Assembly: GCF_006345805.1 (NCBI RefSeq)
Contig: NC_043012.1
Coordinates: forward strand, 58,714,001 to 58,778,000
Reading direction: 5' to 3'
Source: Octopus sinensis
Lineage: Eukaryota
DNA length: 64,000 nt
The translations under genes were made by a program, and so were the position numbers. Within the stretch, counting starts at the first letter, position 1, and each line of letters begins with the position of its first letter. The notes below the pieces were generated by a model that worked only from the letters and a program-made list of their open reading frames with translations, ran no database searches and had not been told where the DNA came from. Of this stretch, positions 13,504 through 24,904 are shown piece after piece.

Positions 13504-16264
13504 ATATATATATATAGAAAACAACTTATATTCTTATAAGGAAATCCAGATGATTCGAAGGTGATTGCATGCAAAATCATCTCGAAATAACACGTAATCA
13601 CTGACTTGGTTGATCATCTAATAGTTATTCCTAACCCCTTATTTGTTTGTGTTGTAGACTAGACGTGTAGTTAAAATCCTCACTTCACAATGATATAATT
13701 AGGAATTCGAGCGTACGATGCAGCACCGTCTGCAAGTGACATTTAATATACTTTTGAGCATGTGCATTTTATCTGTATTAGTTGAGTTGTTGAAATTCCT
13801 GTGGAATTTTATCGGATAATCTCTATTATATCTCTGTTAGGTTGGTAGATTTAATCAATATATTGCATGTTTTAACACAGAGATCTGGCGCTTGGTTGTC
13901 CTCTAAATGAAACTACTGCATTGCAAGCATCCACGTTTGGTCTCGAGTGTAAAGAGAACTCCTTCTATCCGTCTCACACTATTCTCAAAGACCCTAAAAT
14001 GTCATGAGCACCACTGCCTTCCAGCTTTTGGTAAAGACAGTAAAAGAAGTTAAGAGAAGAAAAAAAGAAGGAAAAAGAAAGAAAAGGCACGATTCTTTGG
14101 GGTCTAAGCTCAGCTGGTTGTGATGAAGAAGCAATGTTAAACGGAGGTGGCGAATAGATCCACATTTCAGTAACGAAAGGAGAAAATAAACATTGACACG
14201 GGGAAAGGAAGACAAGAGAAAGAAAAAAAATGGTCGATTCCGAGAAAGGTGAGAAGGAGAGAAAGGAGGAGACAGGGAGGAAGCTAGGAAAGGAAATAGG
14301 AGGAGAGGTTTATGTAATTTTATTTGTTTTACGATCGCACTAGGTGTTATTTGTAAAGATATGCTTAAATTCTTTGAGAATTTTACCAGAAATACAGCAT
14401 CTGAACATGAAAATATTTTGTCAAGCATCTGTTCGACTAATTTATGCATTTCTTAGGAAGAAAGAATAAATCATTTTACTGCAGCATATTTTTTGTAACA
14501 AATTTTATTAAAATACTTTTTAAAAAATATGACTAGTTAGCTTCTACAATTCTTCATGTATAACTTGAAATTATATATTTCTCTAGTTTTGACATTGAAA
14601 TATATTCAAACATTTTCTTCTAATATCTTTTGACAATTTTCATATATATCTGCATTAAGGCTTAAAAAAATAAAACAAACAAACAAGAAAAACCTGCTGA
14701 AATTACTAAAATATAAATAATTTGATAAATCCCATTTCGGGATCATCTCAATTGAAATTAATTTGAAACTGATTTTGGATTAATATACAATTCATTTCCA
14801 ATGTAAAATATAAAAACAAAACGAATAATAATGTTTTGTGTTTCAGCTACCATGTTTTTAAAGTTTTGTTACTACCATTAGCAGAAATTGAAACGCTACA
14901 TTACAATCCTATTGGATATAAATATCAGATAGAACTGCCTGAAGCAAATAGTTTATTAGAGCAGATAAACGCTGTGTGTTATTTTACGTCTATATTTTTA
15001 GCAACGAAAACTTCATCCTGTTTTATCTAATGGCTGCATTGTTTAAAATGACAGCTTGCAGAAGAAGGGAACTGCCTTAAAATTGATTATCCTTTACTTT
15101 TGAGATTTAAAATATGCTTCTTCAACGGAAAAATAACAAAGAAAAGGAATTTCCTAGCGTAAAACTTGAGGACTTTTAGTGTCACCAAATAAAACAATTT
15201 GAGAACAGAATCTCTAGAGACATACATGACGAAATGTATACAGTTTTGAAATAGTTTTGAAAAAGATATAGATTTCACATTCAGTTGTAAAAGACGTTTT
15301 TGTTTCTTTTAGCTTTCAGCGTTAATACTGCAATTTTATTAAGCGCACGGGGATTGCCAAAGAAGGAAAAAACGGATCCGAGATGTTTTGCGGAAAATTC
15401 CCAATTCTAAAGCAGAATTGAATTTATTTCTGGTGTCAGAACGATCCTTCACAAAGTATTTAAGCCGAAATCAAATATAATATAAACTCGAATTGAGAAG
15501 GCATACAGCTGTAAGAAGATATATCTCTATATTATAGTTGAAGATGAGGGAATTAACAGAATATTCGAACGAAAGTCAAGCGAAAGAAGCCGATAAGCAA
15601 GCGAAGATATTTTTATAACAATGAAGCTTTTAGTCATTGCTTAATCTTTAACGTTATTCACTTAAAAATATAAGACATATAAAGCTAGTTATTGAATGAG
15701 GATTGAATAATAAAAGGAATGGCATAAGGAATTCTATAAGTATTTCACTTTAGACATTTGCCTTCTTATTTACTTCAATTGATTTCTTTTTAAATGGCTC
15801 ATATTTACAACGCTATGAATTGTTCTTGCTTCTTTCGTTCTCGATAAGCAAGCTGAGTAAGTATAGATTCATATATCCCTGTATGAGTTTAGTGTCATTT
15901 CTATGAGAAATAACGTCAAAATAATTCTCCTTTATATTGATTTATTTTGATGAGGTACGAAGATAAATTTTGCAAGGCATCTTGAATATTCGATCGAACT
16001 GAATCTGCATTACAGTAAAAGGTGGGATAGAGAAGTTGTCTTAGATGATAATTGAACTTAAAATACTTAAGATATATTTTTCTATCTAAAAACAATCGTT
16101 AATTTTGGGTGACATTAGAATATATAATTTAAAATGTAGAGGCCTCCTCTTTCGTGCTTATGCCAGATCTAATGGCAACATGTTATGATGTAGTGTAAAT
16201 ATATAGTGTTGGTTGCTTGAATCCAAATTTTGGTTTGACAGAAAATAAAAAATTATTTCACATA

Positions 16265-16520
16265 AGCGTAGTCGTGGCTCCGTGGTAAGAAGCTCACTTT
16301 CCAACCATATGGTTCCGGGTTCAGTCCCGTTGCGTGGCAATTTGGTCAAGTGTCTTTTGCTAAAGCCTCAGGCCGACCAAAGATTGTGAGTGGATCTCGT
16401 AGACGTAAACTGAAAGATACCCGTCGTATACACACACACACATATATATGTGTGTATGTATGTATGTATGTGTGTCCTTGTGTCTGCGCCTGTCCCCCTC
16501 CCTCGTCGCCTGACAACCGG
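16265..16520 (+). mobile_element. SINE family C, 5' half
   Basis: gtggctccgtggtaagaagctc...ggttccgggttcagtcccgttgcgtggc...caagtgtctt...tgacaaccg. Confidence 0.8.
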
Positions 16521-16544
16521 CTCTTCAAAGGTCCAATATATTTT

Positions 16545-16712
16545 TTTATTCTTTTACGCGTTTCAGTCACTTGACTGCAGCCATGCTGGAGCACTCTATT
16601 GAAGGGTATTTTTAGTCGAAGAAACCGACCCGGGAACTGATTTTTGTATGCTTAGTGCCCATTCTATTGGTTTTCTTTTGCTGAACCGCTAAGCCAAATA
16701 CACACCACCATC
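16545..16712 (-). mobile_element. SINE family C, 3' half, inverted in place
   Basis: gtttcagtcacttgactgcagccatgctggagcac...gaaccgctaag...cacaccaccatcg is the reverse complement of the family C 3' half. Confidence 0.75.
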
Positions 16713-18999
16713 GTAAGAGAATAAAAAATACATTAGACCTTTGAAGAATCTAAAATATAAAGATCACAATGAGATTAAGGGAACCACAGAATTGATATCG
16801 AGTATATAATCAAAATTTGTACACATTCAGGTGGAGAGCCCAGATTCAAACTGTATGGTAATAATTACATTTTTATGACAAATTCTGTGTGACTCGAATG
16901 TGCTTGAATAAAAATATTATCTCGAAATATGGTTTAATCTGCGACCTATTGGTTCACGCAAGTAGTTATATCTAGTCCCCATTTGTGTACTTTCTGCATC
17001 AGGTGACAATGTTTGTGATTGTTTCAGAACGTAAGATAACGATTCCAGCCAATACATTGCATCCTATCATGGGTTTTGTTTAAAACATCTGGAATATCTT
17101 ATGGCAATTGAAAACAAACATATATACTAGTCGGAGAAAACAGTTCCCACTGACTCACTTTTGATTAAATTCTGCAAATTAACTAGGCCATAAATGTTAT
17201 ATGTTCATTGGCATAAGTCTCATACCCTTCGCTAGTGAAAATAAAATTGGACAATTGTCGTGTCCATGAGGTCATTTGAGGCAGAAACCTGTGTTTTATA
17301 ACACAGTAGCCACCGCCCATCTAGAGAGCATAAGCTTTTTCTTGTTAATTAATATCATATTAACGTTGGCGATCGGGTGTTAACGCCATTGGATAATCAG
17401 GATGGATTATCTGTAGGCGGAAATAATTTTTAATAAATCAAGAATTTATACTTTATGGTATCTGATACATCTGTACTTCTATGTTAGTTTCAGAGCCTTT
17501 ATAAGCTACGCACAAACTAGTGAGATTGAATCTCTGAAGCTAAAATTTATCATTTTGATATTAATTCCTACAAGAGGAAAAAAAAAACAAAGGGAGTGAG
17601 AGGTGGAGAAGTGTTCTGGCACAAATACAGGAAACATTGTAATTCCGCTACTTTCGGCTAAAGGAGAGGAGACGGTTAGAGTTTTCTTTTTGTGTGGGTG
17701 TGAATGTTTCAATGATTTTTAAGAAAGTACAACAACAATTATCGTAAATCCACCTACCTCATGTACGTAATCGTACCTTAACTACCAGGATATCAAATGT
17801 GTCTGGCTAAATTTTCCATAAAAATCTTAAATGAACCGATCTATAAAACGACTGACCAACAGATTTTCTTCTTTCAAGCATCCCTGTGTAGAATGCTTGA
17901 AAAGTGTAAAGATCATGTGACTTATTAAGGTCATATATTTCTGCATAGCGATGCGCATTAGTCTCTAAGTAGAGCATAACTTCTCTTTATTTTTTAATAA
18001 CCTTTGATTCAATCAATCCTTTATAAACGCCATTTTGGAGAGATTTTGCTATAATCTTTTACACTTTCTCATTTCACATCATTTTAAAATTATTCAACTC
18101 TATTTAATTTCCCAATTTCTCAATTATTTCTCTCATCCATGCAATTTTCAAATAGCTGTGATATTTTTTTTTTCGTAGTAGTATCGTACCGTTTACTCTA
18201 CTAAAGCATCGAAAAACTAATTTGAATGCATTTTACTGTAGATAGTTATTTCACGTTGAGTAAACCAAGAGATTACTCAACATTCTGTAGATTAAATTAT
18301 TCTTTTTATTTTACCAACATTATTTCATCTGAAATTCTGGAGAGAAAAATAATATTAAAAAATAAATAAGTATATCGGCATTAAATATATAATTTAACTA
18401 ATTTTGATACAAAGTTCACACATATGGTGAAAAATTATAATAGAGAAAACGTCTAAGGCAAGGCGTAACTGGTTGTTAATTTAGGAAAATTAGACCTCAG
18501 AATAATTTTAATTATAAAAGAAAGGAAGGAGACAGAGCTATAAAAAGCAGATCATTTTATTGAGTCACTCGCCCTTTTCTTCAACCACCATAACCCCATC
18601 ACCAACACAACCAGATAGTACAAAAACAAGTAAATAAATATATAAAATAAAATAATGAGAATATTAATCATGTTCTGTAGATGAATTTCCAATATTTTTA
18701 TACTGTCTACTTTGGGTTTAGACTATTTTATAGATTTATTTCTTACGCTCACTGCCAGGAAATGTTGAAGTAAAAATTAAAAGAAGTGATGGGAAAATCG
18801 AATTCAATATTTTTTACAAATTTGCTAAGAATTATATCAGAATCGCTTCTCGCTTGTTATAAACCAATTATAACGATACGCTTCACTTGGCATAAAAGAT
18901 AAGGTGAAGTTCGAGTCATGCGTGTTACACGCAAACGTAGAGGATTTTGTACGCATATATACAAACAAAAACTCGCAGAATTCAATACGTTTACGTACA

Positions 19000-19175
19000 T
19001 ACTCACATATCATACACTCATACATGCATATGTATGTATAAATTGTAATTTGATCTTCGTGAATATATATTTACGAATGTATACGTGTCCACAATGATAT
19101 ACAAATTCATGCATATGTGTTTAAATATAAACATGTGTACAGATATATATGCACATGTGTATTTACGTATGTATG

Positions 19176-19214
<39 letters not shown>

Positions 19215-19577
19215 GCTTATATGTATGTATATATATATATTTATATTTATATATATATATAGTTATATACATGTGTATTTATGGATATATATATATGTAT
19301 ATAAACACACATATGCATATATTTATTTATATATATCCATATATCTATATGTATATATATGCATATATACATACACACATATATATATATATATATGTAT
19401 CTTTATACATATACATACAGACAGACATACGCACACAGACATATCATCTGTAAATACATAAATATACATATATATCATCATCTTGAATAGTATCATCATC
19501 TTGATCATGATCGTCATCATTATCATCATCATCATCATATTCATTATTATTTATATCATCATCATCATCATCATCAC

Positions 19578-19619
<42 letters not shown>

Positions 19620-19650
19620 CATCATCATCATTATTATGATGATCATCATT
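19000..19650. repeat. (TA/CATA)n, (CAT)n and (TTA)n microsatellites
   Basis: Direct repeats visible. Confidence 0.9.
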
Positions 19651-19959
19651 CAAATGTTCACTAAAGAAAGACGGAAACCGTCACAATACTTAAGAGGTAG
19701 AAAAATAAAATATATTTAGTACTTCAGCTTTAATAAGCCCTACTCGTAAAACACAAAACACCCAAAGTACAAAAACAAAAAAATTCAATTTCTTCGCCAT
19801 TGTGACGGTTTTTCGCAATTCTTTACTGATATTTCAATAATAATGCTTCGAGATAAAACTAAAACAAAATTTATTATATTTCTAGTTTTTTTTTTTCGTT
19901 TTCTTTTCTGCAAAACACGGCATGATAACAGCTGTATATTGTAGCATATTTATGTGTTT

Positions 19960-19990
19960 GTCTATATATATATAGGGATATTATATATAA

Positions 19991-20021
<31 letters not shown>

Positions 20022-20026
20022 GGGAC

Positions 20027-20116
<90 letters not shown>

Positions 20117-20194
20117 TATATATATGCGTTTCTATTTTGTAGAACATTTATATATTTACATATATATATATATATATACATATACACACACATA

Positions 20195-20228
<34 letters not shown>

Positions 20229-20416
20229 CACACACATAAAGAAAATGAGAGTGTGTGATAGGGGGAGAGAGAGATATATAAACAGACAGAAACAGAAAGA
20301 TAAAGAGGTAGATATTCATAGGTAGATTTACATGTGTGTGTCTGTGTGTGAAAACATATACATATGCATAAATATATACTATAGATAGACAGACAGACAC
20401 ACAGACAGATATATAT

Positions 20417-20487
<71 letters not shown>

Positions 20488-20714
20488 AAGAAAATGAGAG
20501 TGTGTGATAGGGGGAGAGAGAGATATATAAACAGACAGAAACAGAAAGATAAAGAGGTAGATATTCATAGGTAGATTTACATGTGTGTGTCTGTGTGTGA
20601 AAACATATACATATGCATAAATATATACTATAGATAGACAGACAGACACACAGACAGATATATATATATATATATATATAATATATATATATATATAGAT
20701 ATATATATATATAT

Positions 20715-20771
<57 letters not shown>

Positions 20772-20774
20772 AAA

Positions 20775-20844
<70 letters not shown>

Positions 20845-20880
20845 CGATAGATAGATAGATAGATAGATAGAGAGATAGAT
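19960..20880. repeat. (TA)n and (TAGA)n arrays enclosing a 249-bp-period tandem duplication (cores 20229-20410 and 20478-20659)
   Basis: The unique core cacacacataaagaaaatgagag...acagacagat occurs twice with no difference seen. Confidence 0.9.
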
Positions 20881-21589
20881 TGATATACATATACATACAT
20901 GCATACTCGCTCATAAGATCTACTTACACATTTACATATATCATAATTTCCCATTGTCACAGTCCTACACAGCACATATGCATCATATCTCGCTAATTCC
21001 CAAGTTCTTTCCATTTAATTACTTCCATTGAATACAAGAGCCAAAACTGAAAACCTTAACATATTCTAAGATATTCGTCCCGATCGTACGTGATCTTGGA
21101 GGATTTCCCAGGGATATTGTTGAAGGATTGGCAAAAGTGAAGCAAAGAGACCTCACAATCTCTTCTATGGTATAGCTTAGGGAGCGAATCAATATGCATA
21201 AAGAAAATGCACAGGAAATCTTGCAAAATATTGATGCAAGTAACTCATCCAAACGCGTATAACTCCATCGAATAGCGAACCTATACGCATATATTAATAA
21301 ATACGCACACAGACACAGTAACACACGCATATATATATATATGATCTTCCATAAATCCAAAATTTTATTTTGGTACTTATTTGAGCAACTGTCATCGAAG
21401 ACCCGTATTGTCGTTCATTGCTTGAAATGAGGCGAAGATAGACAACCACATCTAACGAATGGTCGTTCTTTGTTTTACTTGTCCTGTTTTCCACTTGTTT
21501 CTCTCGTTGTTTGCATATTGAACTCATTTGTTTTTGTATTTCATGTTGTCTACTGTTGCGTACGACCTGTACCCATATTTGCATGTGTG

Positions 21590-21604
21590 TGTGTGTATGT
21601 ATGC

Positions 21605-21658
<54 letters not shown>

Positions 21659-21723
21659 GTGTGTATATATATATGTATATATATATGTATGTATGTATAT
21701 CTATATATATATATATATATTTA

Positions 21724-21767
<44 letters not shown>

Positions 21768-21970
21768 TATATATATATATATGCATATATAAACATATGT
21801 ATACATATTACTTATATTATTATTTGATTGAAAGCCATGCACTCATTTCCAAGTAAGATTGTCTTAAAACAACAGATAACGTAAACTGTGCCGGTGCTTT
21901 ACTCATCATCCATTCATAAATTGTGTATAACTTTTTCGTTATATATATATATATATCACAGGCGCACACA

Positions 21971-22040
<70 letters not shown>
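21590..22040. repeat. (TA)n/(TATG)n arrays with a short unique interruption
   Basis: Direct repeats visible. Confidence 0.9.
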
Positions 22041-22043
<3 letters not shown>

Positions 22044-22239
22044 GAGTTTGTGTGTGTGTCTGCGTGTCAGTATGTCAGTGTATCGGTGTGTGTATGTAGA
22101 CATTTATGTTTTTTTTTTTATAGAAATCCACATTCAATGTCCGATTGACCTCAAATTTTACACACCTACTCCATAAAGTCTGAACTAGGTCATGGCGAAG
22201 AAATCACCCCCGTAACTTCCATGCACGATCGGGGGCATA

Positions 22240-23055
22240 CACATAAAATGACCGTATGCGCACATGTGTTGCTGAACTTTTGTTCACGCCTTAATTCATC
22301 CGTTTTACACGTTAACGTGTTATTTGTGGGGGAGGAGAACAAAAAGGATCATGTACCAACGCGTTTTGCACCTCTAGCTACCCTTTTGACACATTTTTGA
22401 CCCAATAACTGAAGCATTTACCCTTTCTTTGCCAGAGTTCAATGTAATACTATCTTTAAGAAACCAGTTGCCGAACGTTTAGCCATTACAACGATACACT
22501 TTTTACTGTGAACAAAGACAGCAAAAGAACCCATGGTCCATACTTTTTGCAAGTTCCAATGCGTAACATTGAGCAATAGGCGTTCTTAGTGGAGGGCCAT
22601 GTTACACTCAAACGTCCTATAAGCAGGTGCAGGTCACTTTCCGGCTTCCGATGGATGTCCAACCCTTCATTGCCATATTTTCCTTGAGGAGACCCTGGTC
22701 TACATTATACTACAGAATTACTTGCAGTGCACCTTGAAAACGACTAGCGTGTGTACTTCACTACTTCCACTGCTACTTGACTGATTGAGCAACCAAAATA
22801 TACTACACTCACGGCTTTCTTCAGACTTTGCCAGGTAAACCTGTTTGTGGAAAATCTGCTTTATCCTCAAGTCCCGTCATACTACACATGGAATAAGTGT
22901 GAATGTCAGCGAAGCAAGTCAGGCCGAATCGTTGATGGTCACCCTGAGACTAAAGTTGATAATTGCCTCGGCAGAGTGTACAAGGTTCACCCGGTCCAAC
23001 AAGAATACTTCTAACTCCGAGTGCTGCTTCACGAGTTAAGGGGTCCAAAACACCA
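22240..23055 (+). mobile_element. Decayed Helitron Rep/helicase fragment
   Basis: Translation gives LAVHLEND*RVYFTT, TLTAFFRLCQ...LLYPQVPSYYTWNK and LGRVYKVHPVQQEYF*LRVLLHELRGP, all characteristic of Helitron Rep/Hel proteins. Weaker PYAH and VNKDS motifs lie upstream. Confidence 0.85.
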
Positions 23056-23391
23056 TATCCTTATCTGATATGGCTGTCTGTTTCCGCGCACGTTAGTTTG
23101 TAATGTCTCAGTTCAAGCGTCGATATAATCACTCATATACATACATGCAGACATTCATACTTATATAACATATACATACATACATAAATACATACATATA
23201 TACATATATATATACATTTAAGTCTGTAGGTATATCTGTGTGTGTATGTCAGTGTGTATACACAGGTATACATAAATGTATATACATATACACATACACA
23301 TATATATACGTATATATATATATATATATAATAGAAATATTAAAATAACTAAGTCTCTCTAAAAGAGAACAGCGGCAGCGTTCCCGGAAAA

Positions 23392-23839
23392 TAATAGTTA
23401 TCGCCATACTAATATGGCATTCTTATAAAAATAAGAAAAAAGCTGTCCGCTTATTAGCTCCATGAGGCCATCGCCTTAAGTTAGCTATTTGATACACAAA
23501 CTGTATCCATATAACCTTCGAACAAGGGAGGTCAGTCGCTCCACACTACTTGACCGGCAGCTACAGACGCGTTTCGGAGTAAATAAAACCATCGAACAGA
23601 GATTGTCGGAAGCGACACCTACTGGCTGGCTACGCTGCATTGAAAAGGGGCAATACTCCGAAACGCGTCTGTAGCTGCCGGTCAGTAGTGTGGAGCGACT
23701 GACCTCCCTTGTTCGAAGGTTATATGGATACAGTTTGTGTATCAAATAGCTAACTTAAGGCGATGGCCTCATGGAGCTAATAAGCGGACAGCTTTTTTCT
23801 TATTTTTATAAGAATGCCATATTAGTATGGCGATAACTA

Positions 23840-23842
<3 letters not shown>
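23392..23842. mobile_element. Long inverted repeat (arms 23392-23581 and 23654-23842, 72-bp spacer), Penelope-like pLTR type
   Basis: Arms are exact reverse complements except a 1-nt indel (ctacttgacc vs ggtcagtag); (TA)n lies on both sides; a hammerhead motif spans the spacer/right-arm junction. Confidence 0.9.
23619..23688 (+). ncRNA. Extended type I hammerhead ribozyme, U3:A8 core variant
   Basis: CTACTGGCTGGC-TAC-GCTGCA TTGAAAA GGGG-CAATA-CTCC GAAA CGCGTC^ TGTAGC-T-GCCGGTCAGTAG. Stems I (6 + 12 bp) and II pair fully allowing GU; stem III is the palindrome ACGCGT; cleavage triplet GUC. Confidence 0.8.
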
Positions 23843-23889
<47 letters not shown>

Positions 23890-23895
23890 GATAAC

Positions 23896-23941
<46 letters not shown>

Positions 23942-23958
23942 TATGGCGATAACTATTA

Positions 23959-23996
<38 letters not shown>

Positions 23997-24001
<5 letters not shown>

Positions 24002-24307
24002 CATGATCACCGTGACCGCCCAGGCTATCTGATGTTGCTGCACATCGCTGGTCACAATGCACGTCGCATTGTTTTAGCCTTCAAATGACGCCACCCAGCT
24101 GGCTAAGCGAACAGGCCAACAGAAGAAAGAGTGAGAGAAAGTTGTGGCGAAAGAATACGGCAGGGATCGCCAGCACCCCCTGCCGGAACCTCGTGGAGCT
24201 TTAGGTGTTTTCGATCAATACACTCTCACAACGCCCGGTCTGGGAATCGAAGCCGCCATCCCTACGACGGCGATTCCGCCGCCCTAACCACTCGGCCATT
24301 GCGCCTC
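23997..24307 (-). mobile_element. tRNA-headed SINE, family B (gtcacgtgatc-type 3' half)
   Basis: Head reverse complement gaggcgcaatggccgagtggttagggcgg...gcttcgattcccagaccgggcg; the 3' half matches 63507. Confidence 0.85.
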
Positions 24308-24326
24308 GGCACACACACACACACAT

Positions 24327-24358
<32 letters not shown>

Positions 24359-24413
24359 GCATACATATATATATGCATACATACATGCAAACACACACAC
24401 ACACACGCGCACT

Positions 24414-24414
<1 letters not shown>

Positions 24415-24466
<52 letters not shown>

Positions 24467-24850
24467 ACTCATGATGCTAAGGAAGATGATGATGATGATG
24501 ATGATGGTAGTTGTGCTGTTCTTATGATGGTGGTGTTGCTCGAGATGATGGCGATGGCAGTAGTTGAGGTTGTGTTGGTGAAGTGTGGGATGATCATTAT
24601 GGAGATGACGGTGATGGTGTTGTTGTTGTTGCTGGTGGTGGTGGTGATAGTGGTGGTGGTGGTGGCAGTGGTGGTGGTGGTGCTTGTGGTGGCAGTGGTG
24701 GTTCTTATCGTCGTCGTCGTCACCGTCATCGTTGTGGTTAAAATTCCCTTGTGGCAGCTTCTAAGCAAACAACCAGCCTGCCAGCCAGACACCCAATCAT
24801 CCATCCACCCATCCATCCACCTATCCAGCCAGCCAGCCAGGCAGCCAGCC
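24415..24850. repeat. (GAT)n/(GGT)n/(CATC)n/(CAGC)n compound repeat
   Basis: Direct repeats visible. Confidence 0.9.
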
Positions 24851-24904
24851 ACAGCAAAAAAATATGCTCTCGACCTTGCACATAACAATAAAGCGAATCT
24901 AAAC

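Noticed and set aside
23829-23960. CRISPR-like array of short repeats
   Set aside because: Spacers are (TA)n rather than unique sequence, the context is eukaryotic, and there are no cas genes.
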